A stretch of 64,000 nt of DNA from an uncultured Flavonifractor sp. (lineage in GTDB: Bacteria > Bacillota > Clostridia > Oscillospirales > Oscillospiraceae): contig CANDFO010000003.1 in the NCBI GenBank assembly GCA_947384055.1, forward strand, positions 983 through 64,982. The letters are read 5' to 3'. Position 1 is the stretch's first letter. Every line of letters starts with the position of its first letter. Shown one piece after another: positions 8,605-16,567 of the stretch. The position numbers were made by a program, and so were the translations under genes. The notes under the pieces were generated by a model. The model did not search any database, had not been told where the DNA came from, and worked only from the letters and a program-made list of their open reading frames with translations.

Positions 8605-8691
8605 AAGGGGGCCGCCGGAGGCTGGACAGCCAAATCTCAGCAGAGACCAACACGGGAAAAGTACCCGTCTCTCCAAACGGACAATGATTCA
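8605..8691 (+). repeat. Intergenic repeat family B, right segment (copy 1)
   Basis: AAGGGGGCCGCCGGAGGCTGGACAGCCAAATCTCAGCAGAGACCAACACGGGA... aligns with 63767..63855 at roughly three quarters identity by eye. Confidence 0.65.
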
Positions 8692-8745
8692 ACCCCTCGC
8701 AGGAGCCGGAACAAAACTTGTCAGTCTGTATTTCAGGACAGCCGC

Positions 8746-9585
8746 TCAGCCCTTGACGGCTCCGGCGGCCACGCCCTTGATGATATATTTCTGGCAGGAC
8801 AGGTAGAACACGATAATGGGAATAATCGCCATCACCAGGCAGGCCATAATTGCTCCCATATCCACCCGTCCATAGGAGCCCTGCATATATTGAATCGCGA
8901 TGGAAATTGTCTTGTAGTGCTCCAGATCCAGGGTAAGATAGGGCAGAAGGAAGTCATTCCAGATCCACATGGTCTCCAGGATTCCCACAGAGATATAGGT
9001 GGGCTTCATAATCGGGAGCACCACAGAGAAGAATGTCCGCAGGGGAGAGCACCCGTCCATCATGGCGGCCTCTTCAATTTCCAGGGGAATGGATTTTACA
9101 AAGCCGCAGAACATAAACACCGCCAGTCCCGCGCCAAAACCCAGATAGACGATAATCAGACCCCACGGGGTGTTCAGGTGAAGGGTGTCGGTCGTTTTTG
9201 AAAGGGTAAACATGACCATCTGGAAGGGCACCACCATGGAGAAAACGCATAGAAGATAGATCCCCTGAGTCAGGCGGCTGCGCACCCGGGTGATAAACCA
9301 TGCGCACATGGAGGTGCACACCAGAATTACCACCACCGAGCATACCGTGATGAAAAGCGTCCACCCTACCGCTTTCAGGAAGCCGTATTTCTCAATGCCG
9401 TTCATGTAGTTCTCAAAGCCTACCAGTGTCTTTTCGCTGGGCAGGGCAAAGGGCTCCTTGCTGATAAACGCCTTTTTCTTGAAGGAGTTGATGAGCACAA
9501 TAAAGAGAGGGGAGACATAGAAAATTGAAATTACGGTAAACAGAATTGTGGCAAACCAGCCGCCCCGTGCGCGGTTCTTTCTCAT
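8746..9585 (-). CDS. Carbohydrate ABC transporter permease (MalG-like)
   Basis: 279 aa with 6 TM helices and the EAA loop (IEEAAMMDGCSPLRTFFSVVLP). It overlaps the upstream permease gene by 4 nt. Confidence 0.85.
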   Translation of the reverse strand: MRKNRARGGWFATILFTVISIFYVSPLFIVLINSFKKKAFISKEPFALPSEKTLVGFENYMNGIEKYGFLKAVGWTLFITVCSVVVILVCTSMCAWFITRVRSRLTQGIYLLCVFSMVVPFQMVMFTLSKTTDTLHLNTPWGLIIVYLGFGAGLAVFMFCGFVKSIPLEIEEAAMMDGCSPLRTFFSVVLPIMKPTYISVGILETMWIWNDFLLPYLTLDLEHYKTISIAIQYMQGSYGRVDMGAIMACLVMAIIPIIVFYLSCQKYIIKGVAAGAVKG

Positions 9586-10424
9586 TGCTGCACCTCCTTA
9601 GAGCGGGTGAATCTCAGCTGTAACAGGCCGATGCCCACCACCAGGATAAAGAACAGCACCGCCTTGGCCTGGCCGACACCCTCAAATCCCACCCGGCCGT
9701 AAAATGTGCGGTAGATATTCAGCGCCATCAGCTCCGACATGCGGGAGGGCTCGCCGGCGGTGAGGGAGAGGTTCTGGTCAAATAGCTTAAAACCGTTGGT
9801 GATGGTCAGGAACGTACAGATGGTGATGGAGGGCATCATGTTGGGGATGGTCACATGAATCAGCCGCTGCCAGGCGTCGGCGCCGTCGATCTCCGCCGCC
9901 TCATTCAGGGAGGGCGGGATGGACTGGAGGCCGGCAATGTAAATAATCATCATGTAGCCGATCTGCTGCCAGCAGACCAGAATGACCAGTCCGGCAAATC
10001 CCAGCTTCTCGCTGAGCTTAAGGGCCGTGTCAAACTTTTCAAAAATACCGTTGAAAATCAGCTGCCAGACATAGCCCAGCACAATTCCGCCGATGAGGTT
10101 GGGCATAAAGAACACCGTGCGGAAAATATTGGTACCCCGGATTTCCCGGGTGAGCACCAGGGCCACCGCAAAGGCCAGCACATTGATGAGCACCAGCGTC
10201 ACCACCGCAAACGCCACAGTGAACAGGAAGGAGTGGCCAAACAGTGGGTCGCTGAACGCCTTGATATAATTGGTTATGCCCACAAAGCGGGCATCGTTGA
10301 CGGTGGTAAACTCGCAGAAGGACAGGTAAATTCCCATTACAAACGGGATTACAAAACCGATGAGGAAAGCGGCCATGGTGGGCAAAATGAACACGGGCAG
10401 ATAGCGCTTAATCGCTTTTTCCAC
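9582..10424 (-). CDS. Carbohydrate ABC transporter permease (MalF-like)
   Basis: 280 aa with an EAA loop (LNEAAEIDGADAWQRLIHVTIP), typical of a CUT1-family membrane component. Confidence 0.85.
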   Translation of the reverse strand: MEKAIKRYLPVFILPTMAAFLIGFVIPFVMGIYLSFCEFTTVNDARFVGITNYIKAFSDPLFGHSFLFTVAFAVVTLVLINVLAFAVALVLTREIRGTNIFRTVFFMPNLIGGIVLGYVWQLIFNGIFEKFDTALKLSEKLGFAGLVILVCWQQIGYMMIIYIAGLQSIPPSLNEAAEIDGADAWQRLIHVTIPNMMPSITICTFLTITNGFKLFDQNLSLTAGEPSRMSELMALNIYRTFYGRVGFEGVGQAKAVLFFILVVGIGLLQLRFTRSKEVQQ

Positions 10425-10532
10425 AGGGGTCCCCCCTTATCGCTCAATTTCTCCCGGCGTCTGTTTGGAAACCATCGGAGACTTTCCGGTCCTTTTCAAG
10501 CAGACGCCGGCTGCATGCTCTGCCTTATGAAA

Positions 10533-10562
10533 GCGGGGTGGGCGGCGCGCCGCCCACCCCGC
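10533..10562 (-). terminator. GC-rich intercistronic hairpin after the binding-protein gene (attenuator or mRNA stabiliser)
   Basis: GCGGGGTGGGCGGCGCGCCGCCCACCCCGC is a near-perfect 30 bp palindrome lying between the SBP stop (10603) and the permease start (10424). Confidence 0.5.
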
Positions 10563-10602
10563 CGCGTCAGATGCGCTGGGTCAGTTTCACATCCGCTGGT
10601 CT

Positions 10603-11964
10603 TCAGCTCTTGGTGGCCGCAGCCTCGGCAGCCCAGCCGTCCACAAAGGCGGAGACAACCTTCTCCCAGTTGGCGTCGCTCTGGTCGGCGGCGTAGCCGG
10701 TCAGGGCGGAGCCCACGCCGTTCTTCCATTCCTCAGAGGGGATATAGTTAAACGCCCAGTCCACAGCGTAGGTGCCGGAGGCAACCAGCGCGTTCATCTT
10801 GTTATTCAGGACATTGGCGGTCTCTTTGGCGCTCTTGAAGGGGCAGATGAAGCCCATCTCGCTGGCCATGGCAGTGGTGCCGGCCTCGCTGGTGACGCAC
10901 CAGTACATAAAGTCCAGGGTGGCCTGGATGTCCTCGGGGCTGGCCTTGCCGTTGACGCACCAGTAGTTCTCGGTGCCGATGCACAGGCCCTGGCCCTCGT
11001 CCTTAACGCCTGCGTAGATGGGCAGAATATCCAGGTTCTCGTCCCCGATGTCGGAGGCGATATCGCCGTAAGCCCAGGTGCCGTTCTGATAGAACACGGC
11101 TTCTTCGGTCACAAAATCGGCGATGGCGTCGTCGCCGGTCTTAACGGAGAGCTGGGAGGGAGCGCACACAGAGTTGTTGATGTACAGATCCCACAGTGCG
11201 CGGTATTTGTCCAGATAAGTGCCCTTGATGGCGTCGGGAGTGCCCTCATAGCCCTCGTCCTCAAACTCGTAATACAGGGGCATATTGGCCAGATGGGTCT
11301 TGAAGCGCCAGTCGGAGGAGCCGTCCATACCGGCGGAGGTAAAGGCAGAGAAGCCCAGCTCGCCGGAGCGGGCGGTGATATCCTCGGCCACAGCCTTCAG
11401 CTGGTCAAAGCTCTTAATGTCGTCCATGGTATAGCCGGCCTGCTCCAGCAGGTTGGTGTTGACAATGATGCCGTAGCCCTCGTACACATAGGCTACGCCC
11501 AGCACGGCGGAGCCATCCTTCAGGGTGAAATCCTCGCTGGTCAGCTCGCCGTAAAAGGCGGAGCCGGACATATCGTAGCAGTAGTCCTTCCACTTGGCCA
11601 GACCCACCGGGCCGTTGACCTGGAAGAGGGTGGGAGCTTCGCTCTTGGCCATCTCGGATTTGAGGGTGGTCTCATACTGGCCGGAGGCGGCGGTCATCAC
11701 CTTTACAGGCACACCGGTCTCGTCGGTATAGGCCTTGGCCAGGGCCTGCCACTGCGCGTCGGCCTCGGGCTTGAAGTTCATGTAGTAGACGGAGCCGGAG
11801 GCGGTATTGCCGTCATTGGCGGGAGCGGGAGTGGCATCGCCGGCAGGAGCGGGGGTGGCGGGAGCGGGAGTGGTGGCAGAGCCGCCGGTGCTGTTGCCGC
11901 AGCCGGCCAGCAGACCTACGAGCATAGCGCCGGCAAGGGTAAGTGCAAACAGACGTTTCTTCAT
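10603..11964 (-). CDS. Extracellular sugar-binding lipoprotein of the ABC transporter
   Basis: Start set at MKKRLFALTLAGAMLVGLLAGCGNS (signal peptide plus lipobox), with AGGAGGAAC 8 nt upstream. The Thr/Pro/Ala linker is followed by a family-1 solute-binding fold. The upstream 45 codons in the track are rejected. Confidence 0.85.
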   Translation of the reverse strand: MKKRLFALTLAGAMLVGLLAGCGNSTGGSATTPAPATPAPAGDATPAPANDGNTASGSVYYMNFKPEADAQWQALAKAYTDETGVPVKVMTAASGQYETTLKSEMAKSEAPTLFQVNGPVGLAKWKDYCYDMSGSAFYGELTSEDFTLKDGSAVLGVAYVYEGYGIIVNTNLLEQAGYTMDDIKSFDQLKAVAEDITARSGELGFSAFTSAGMDGSSDWRFKTHLANMPLYYEFEDEGYEGTPDAIKGTYLDKYRALWDLYINNSVCAPSQLSVKTGDDAIADFVTEEAVFYQNGTWAYGDIASDIGDENLDILPIYAGVKDEGQGLCIGTENYWCVNGKASPEDIQATLDFMYWCVTSEAGTTAMASEMGFICPFKSAKETANVLNNKMNALVASGTYAVDWAFNYIPSEEWKNGVGSALTGYAADQSDANWEKVVSAFVDGWAAEAAATKS

Positions 11965-11997
11965 GAGATAGTTCCTCCTGTTTTCAGTGTGGTGTGC

Positions 11998-12026
11998 TTG
12001 GAAACGTTTCATGGAAACGTTTCCAA
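11998..12026. promoter_or_regulatory. Tandem LacI/CcpA-type operator (cre-like) in the SBP leader
   Basis: TTGGAAACGTTTC-atg-GAAACGTTTCCAA is a perfect 13 bp inverted repeat. Each arm holds the palindrome GAAACGTTTC, and TGGAAACGTTTCCA fits the TGNAANCGNWNNCA cre/LacI-family consensus. It lies just downstream of the predicted -10. Confidence 0.6.
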
Positions 12027-12040
12027 GCCCCTGTGTCATT

Positions 12041-12069
12041 ATCATACGCTTCCCCGCAAAAAATAGCAA
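12041..12069 (-). promoter_or_regulatory. Sigma-70-type promoter for the sugar ABC operon
   Basis: On the minus strand: TTGCTA, a 17 nt spacer, then TATGAT(AAT), located about 75 nt upstream of the SBP start. Confidence 0.5.
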
Positions 12070-12393
12070 GCGTTTTTTGTCCCCCGGCGGCATTTTCAAC
12101 GTTGTGCTGAAAATTTACCGGGTATAATTGTACAATTCGCCTGGAAATATAGAGTCAGCGGTATGAGATGCTGCGTACACAGTTTTCCACAAGCTTTGAA
12201 CGCTGCTGTAAAGTCTCTCCCTGAGAGGTTCTTTTTATTACCCATCCATACCTGTTATTCCTGCCGGGACGGGGCACCCCTTTTTCTTTTATATTGCCGC
12301 ATTTGGGCATCGGCAATTTCACTCATTCAGGATTGAAACGCAAAGTTCTCCATGATATCATCAGTATAGCAAGCTGAGCTTTGCAGAGGAGTT

Positions 12394-12627
12394 GTGAATG
12401 ACGTGAAATGCGGAAAACTGGTCTGGAAATTTTTGTTGCTTTTGGGGACCTTTCCATTTTTAATTGCGTTTGGCTATTGTTTTATCAGCAGCCTGCTTGA
12501 TGGCGGCGGACTATTTAAGCTGACTTTGGGAGACTATTTGATCTTATACAGTTTTTTGTATTGGCCGACGTATATTGCAGGAATTGTTTTGATTCTACTA
12601 TCCATTATAAAGCTCAAGAGGAAATAG
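12394..12627 (+). CDS. Hypothetical small membrane protein in an AT-rich islet
   Basis: 77 aa with 2-3 hydrophobic helices. It has a GTG start with a poorly spaced AGGAG, and I recognise no homology. It lies in a roughly 0.5 kb visibly AT-rich stretch. Confidence 0.3.
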   Translation: MNDVKCGKLVWKFLLLLGTFPFLIAFGYCFISSLLDGGGLFKLTLGDYLILYSFLYWPTYIAGIVLILLSIIKLKRK

Positions 12628-12819
12628 TTATCAGGTAATTGCCGCCTCGGTACTTTGAAGAAGTACTTCAAAATTCGGCTTTAAACAGCACAGACGGTGA
12701 CAGAGACAGGGCGGACGCGTCCCAAACGTAGCGCTCCTATCTGTGTTTCCCCCCGCTTTCAGAGGGGGAAACACGTCAATAAGCCTTCTCTGCGGACAGC
12801 TCCCCCATGGGGATCTCCG

Positions 12820-12848
12820 TTGACAAATCCGGCATTCTGTGATACATT
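12820..12848 (+). promoter_or_regulatory. Sigma-70-type promoter of the hisS-aspS leader
   Basis: TTGACA (12820-12825), a 17 nt spacer, then TACATT (12843-12848), with a TG two bases upstream of the -10 (extended -10). Confidence 0.55.
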
Positions 12849-12854
12849 GGGCAA

Positions 12855-13092
12855 AACCGTTATGACGGGGCATGAGTACCCCCCACACCGCCGGACAGAG
12901 AGGAGCGCCAGAGGCTGGAAGCGCCCACGGCAAGGAGCGGGGGAAAGACAGCTCTACCAGCGGGCCCGGAGACGGGCGCGGTCTTTCTCCCGCAACAGAG
13001 GAGCTGAGGGGGCGGCTTCGCCCTGAACATGGGTGGCACCACGAAAGCGCTGACGCTCTCGTCCCGTGACCGGGGATGGGAGTGTTTTTTTT
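12855..13092 (+). promoter_or_regulatory. T-box riboswitch leader of hisS-aspS
   Basis: Contains AGTA and AGAGAGG stem I elements and the T-box core AACATGGGTGGCACCACG (13026-13043). A terminator hairpin (CTCTCGTCCCG..CGGGGATGGGAG) plus T8 ends at 13092, 35 nt before the hisS ATG. Confidence 0.8.
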
Positions 13093-13126
13093 ATCCCTGA
13101 CAACCAAATACAAAGGAGATATGACA

Positions 13127-14476
13127 ATGGCAAAGTTGAAACCCCGCACGCTGTCCGGCTTTATGGAGCTGCTGCCCCGGAGACAGGCGCAGTTTGACCG
13201 CATGGCCGAAATCCTCCGCCGCACGTATGCCCTGTATGGCTTTACTCCCCTGGACACTCCTCTTGTGGAGGCCAGCGAGATTCTGCTGGCCAAGGGGGGC
13301 GGGGAGACGGAAAAGCAGATTTACCGTTTTACCAAGGGGGACGCCGACCTCTCCTTACGCTTTGACCTGACGGTGCCTTTGGCCAAGTATGTGGCGCTCC
13401 ACCAGAATGAGCTGACGTTTCCCTTCCGGCGATTCCAGATCGGCAAGGTCTATCGGGGTGAGCGGGCCCAGCGGGGCCGCTTCCGGGAGTTTTATCAGGC
13501 GGATATCGACGTCATTGGCGACGGCGCTTTGGACATCATCAACGAGGCGGAGATCCCCTCTATTATTTACCAGGCCTTTACCGCACTGGGCCTGAAGCGG
13601 TTCAGAATCCGCCTCAACAACCGGAAGGTGCTCAGCGGCCTTTTCGCCGCCCTGGGACTGGAACAGCGGACAGGGGAGATCATGCGCGCCATCGACAAGC
13701 TGGAGAAAATCGGCCCGGAGAAGGTGGCGGCCATCCTGACCGAGGATGCGGGCGTCCCCATCGAAACCGCCGACCGCCTGCTCGAACTGCTGTCCGCCCC
13801 GGAGCCCCTCTCCGCGCTGGCTCCTTACCGGGGCCGGAACGACCTGCTGGACCGGGGCATCGAGGAGCTGGAGACGGTCGTGCGCTGTCTGTCCGCCTTC
13901 GGTGTGCCCGAGGATCACTTTATTATCGACCTGACCATTGCCCGGGGGCTGGACTACTACACCGGAACCGTCTATGAGACGGTAATGCTGGACCATCCGG
14001 AGATCGGATCCATCTGTTCCGGCGGGCGGTATGATAACCTGGCGGAATATTATACCGATAAAAAACTTCCCGGCGTAGGTATCTCCATCGGCCTGACCCG
14101 CCTGTTCTTCGTTTTGGAGGACCAGGGATATCTGAATGAGGACCTGCCCTCGGCCCCGGCGGACGTGCTGGTGCTGCCCATGACGGAGGAGCTCTCCCCC
14201 GCCATTGCCGCCGCCACCGCCCTGCGCCGGCGGGACATCCGGGCCCAGCTCTACACCGAGCCCAAAAAGTTTAAGCAGAAAATGAGCTATGCGGACAAGC
14301 TGGGCATCCCCTTTGTGCTTTTGCTGGGGGAGGACGAGATTGCGCAGGACAGGGTGTCCCTGAAAAATATGCGCTCCGGTGTCCAGTCCCTGCTGACCCT
14401 GGAGGAGGCTGCCGCCGCAATCGCGCAATCTCTGGCGGTCTCTGCCGCCCCTGTCCGGGAACCGGAACAGGAATGA
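13127..14476 (+). CDS. hisS: Histidine--tRNA ligase
   Basis: Start at MAKLKPRTLSGFMELLP with AAGGAG 8 nt upstream. Class II motifs are present (FRRFQIGKVYRGERAQRGRFREFYQADID; GGRYDNL), with a C-terminal anticodon-binding domain. Confidence 0.92.
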   Translation: MAKLKPRTLSGFMELLPRRQAQFDRMAEILRRTYALYGFTPLDTPLVEASEILLAKGGGETEKQIYRFTKGDADLSLRFDLTVPLAKYVALHQNELTFPFRRFQIGKVYRGERAQRGRFREFYQADIDVIGDGALDIINEAEIPSIIYQAFTALGLKRFRIRLNNRKVLSGLFAALGLEQRTGEIMRAIDKLEKIGPEKVAAILTEDAGVPIETADRLLELLSAPEPLSALAPYRGRNDLLDRGIEELETVVRCLSAFGVPEDHFIIDLTIARGLDYYTGTVYETVMLDHPEIGSICSGGRYDNLAEYYTDKKLPGVGISIGLTRLFFVLEDQGYLNEDLPSAPADVLVLPMTEELSPAIAAATALRRRDIRAQLYTEPKKFKQKMSYADKLGIPFVLLLGEDEIAQDRVSLKNMRSGVQSLLTLEEAAAAIAQSLAVSAAPVREPEQE

Positions 14477-14707
14477 ATAAGCGCTCCCCTCTGTATAAAA
14501 CGCTTTGAAAATAAAGTTTTGTAGTTCAATTGCAGCGGGCAGGTGTGGAATATTTCTCTACGCACCGCGGTCGGGCGGGGGGAATTCTGCCGCCCGTCTG
14601 TGGCAAGTGCAATTCCTTAACATACACCGGAACAGAGACCGGCCCCCCTGTGAAACCCCAAGAAGTTGAAATATTCAGGCAAAATAATACGAATAGGAGT
14701 AGGTTTT

Positions 14708-16492
14708 ATGGAGAACACAAAGACCGCATACCGCACCCACAGCTGCGGAGAACTGCGCCTGACCCATGTGGGACAGACCGTCACACTGGCGGGCTTTCTG
14801 GAGAACATCCGGGAGGTTGGGGCAAATCTTGCCTTCGCTGTGCTCCGGGATTTTTACGGCGCTACCCAGCTGGTGCTGGAGGACGCAGAGACTCTGGCGG
14901 CCTTTAAGGAACTCAATAAGGAATCCACCGTAGCCGTGAAGGGCGTGGTTCGGGAGCGGGACAGCAAAAATCCCAAGCTGCCCACCGGAGAGATTGAGGT
15001 AGTTCCCAGCAGTGTCCGGGTGCTGGGCCGCTGCCGGCACAACGAGCTCCCCTTCCCCATCAACCGCAGCCGGGACGCAGATGAGAGCACCCGCCTGAAG
15101 TACCGCTATCTTGACCTGCGCAACCCCCAGGTCAAAGAGAATATCATTCTGCGGTGCAATGTAGTAGCCGCTCTGCGGCAAGCTATGACGGAGCAGGGCT
15201 TCCTGGAGGTGACGACCCCTATCCTCACCGCCTCCTCCCCCGAGGGGGCCCGGGATTACCTGGTGCCCTCCCGCAAGCATCCGGGCAAATTCTACGCCCT
15301 CCCCCAGGCTCCTCAGCAATTTAAGCAGCTGTTGATGGCCTCCGGATTTGACCGGTATTTCCAAATCGCTCCCTGCTTCCGGGATGAGGACGCCCGGGGA
15401 GACCGCTCTCCCGGCGAGTTCTATCAGCTGGATATGGAAATGGCCTTTGCCGGGCAGGAGGATGTGTTCGCCGTCCTGGAGCAGGTCCTGCCCCCCATTT
15501 TCGCCCGGTACGGCAAGTACAGCTCCGCTTCCTCCGCCCCCTTCCGCCGCATCCCTTACCTGGAGGCCATGGAGCTCTACGGTTCCGACAAGCCGGACCT
15601 GCGCATTGACCTGACGGTGACGGACGCCACGGCGCTTTTGGCGGACTGCGGCTTCCCGCCCTTTGCCGGGAATGCCGTAAAAGCCGTGGTGGTGTCGGAT
15701 TTCTCCGGCACCCGCAAGCAGATTGACCAGCTCTGCGCTGATGTGGAGGTTCAGGCCGGCGAGAAAGCCTACTGGTTCCGTCTGGATGAAAAGGGCGAGC
15801 TGGTGGGCGGCATATCCAAATTCCTCCAGGAGAACAAGGCCCGGGTGGTGGAGGCTCTGGGGCTTGCCCCCAACAGCTTTGTGGGCCTCACCGCCGGAAA
15901 GAAACCGGCCGCTCAGAAAACGGCGGGCGTCCTGCGCAACAAGCTGGGAAACTTCTGCCCCAACCACATGGACAGGGAGAAATACGAGTTCTGCTGGATT
16001 GTGGACTTCCCCATGTACGAAATCGGCGAGGAATCCGGCCAGCTGGAGTTCTGTCACAACCCGTTTTCCATGCCCAACGGCGGGCTGGAGATTTTGCAGA
16101 AGGCCGCGGCCGGAGCGGTGGACCCTCTGAGTATCACCGCCTTCCAGTATGACCTGGTGTGTAACGGCGTGGAGCTCTCCTCCGGCGCCGTGCGCAACCA
16201 TGACCCGGAGATTATGATTGAGGCCTTCCAGCTGGTCCGCCTGGGCGAGGCGGACGTCAAGGCCAAGTTCCCCGCCATGTACAGCGCCTTCACCTATGGC
16301 GCGCCGCCCCACGCGGGCATCGCCCCCGGCGTGGACCGTATGGTGATGCTTCTCTCCGGCGAGGATTCCATCCGCGAAGTCATCCCCTTCCCCATGAACA
16401 AAAACGCCCAGGACCTGATGATGGGAGCTCCCGGCCCGGTGGAGCCCAGGCAGCTTCAGGAGCTGAACATCGCCTGTGTGGAGCCCGACTGA
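14708..16492 (+). CDS. aspS: Aspartate--tRNA ligase
   Basis: Start at MENTKTAYRTHSCGELR. It has the OB-fold N-domain and class IIb motifs (FYALPQAPQQFKQLLM, FRDEDARGDR.PEFYQLD, GAPPHAGIAPGVDR). It follows hisS as in Bacillus. Confidence 0.92.
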   Translation: MENTKTAYRTHSCGELRLTHVGQTVTLAGFLENIREVGANLAFAVLRDFYGATQLVLEDAETLAAFKELNKESTVAVKGVVRERDSKNPKLPTGEIEVVPSSVRVLGRCRHNELPFPINRSRDADESTRLKYRYLDLRNPQVKENIILRCNVVAALRQAMTEQGFLEVTTPILTASSPEGARDYLVPSRKHPGKFYALPQAPQQFKQLLMASGFDRYFQIAPCFRDEDARGDRSPGEFYQLDMEMAFAGQEDVFAVLEQVLPPIFARYGKYSSASSAPFRRIPYLEAMELYGSDKPDLRIDLTVTDATALLADCGFPPFAGNAVKAVVVSDFSGTRKQIDQLCADVEVQAGEKAYWFRLDEKGELVGGISKFLQENKARVVEALGLAPNSFVGLTAGKKPAAQKTAGVLRNKLGNFCPNHMDREKYEFCWIVDFPMYEIGEESGQLEFCHNPFSMPNGGLEILQKAAAGAVDPLSITAFQYDLVCNGVELSSGAVRNHDPEIMIEAFQLVRLGEADVKAKFPAMYSAFTYGAPPHAGIAPGVDRMVMLLSGEDSIREVIPFPMNKNAQDLMMGAPGPVEPRQLQELNIACVEPD

Positions 16493-16498
16493 AAAAAC

Positions 16499-16529
16499 AC
16501 CCGCGGCGCAGGATACCTGCGCCGCGGGT
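16499..16529. terminator. Bidirectional intrinsic terminator between convergent aspS and purL
   Basis: ACCCGCGGCGCAGG-ata-CCTGCGCCGCGGGT (14 bp stem), flanked by an A-run on the 5' side and GTTTTCC on the 3' side. Confidence 0.7.
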
Positions 16530-16567
16530 CAGCGTTTTCCAAAAATCTTCCAAAGCGAAGGCGGGCC

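Noticed and set aside
8344-9201. ORFs across the repeat cluster (8344..9201, 8371..8676, 8381..8692, 8442..8687, 8253..8438) and their look-alikes at 33050..33478, 33292..33492 and 33354..33566, which share peptide segments
   Set aside because: The peptide similarity is simply the translated 200 bp DNA repeat read in both orientations. The frames run into neighbouring genes or hairpins, lack an RBS and differ in extent between copies. They are therefore non-coding repeats, not a gene family.
12631-13293. A 220-aa minus-strand ORF spanning the hisS leader
   Set aside because: It overlaps the promoter, the T-box riboswitch and the 5' end of hisS. Its composition is Arg/Ser/Pro-rich, and there is no support for coding.
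14675-16312. A 545-aa ORF antisense to aspS, together with analogous long antisense ORFs: 16610..18232 and 18383..19159 (purL), 20587..22242 (SBP), 34324..36249 (ileS), 43533..45905 (mutL), 46782..48623 (mutS), 55122..56498 (M23 peptidase), 58831..60108 and 60211..61392 (gyrA), and 13355..14428 (hisS)
   Set aside because: Each is the mirror frame of a confidently identified housekeeping gene. The products are Arg/Gly/Pro/His-rich and have no motifs or RBS. All are treated as shadow ORFs.
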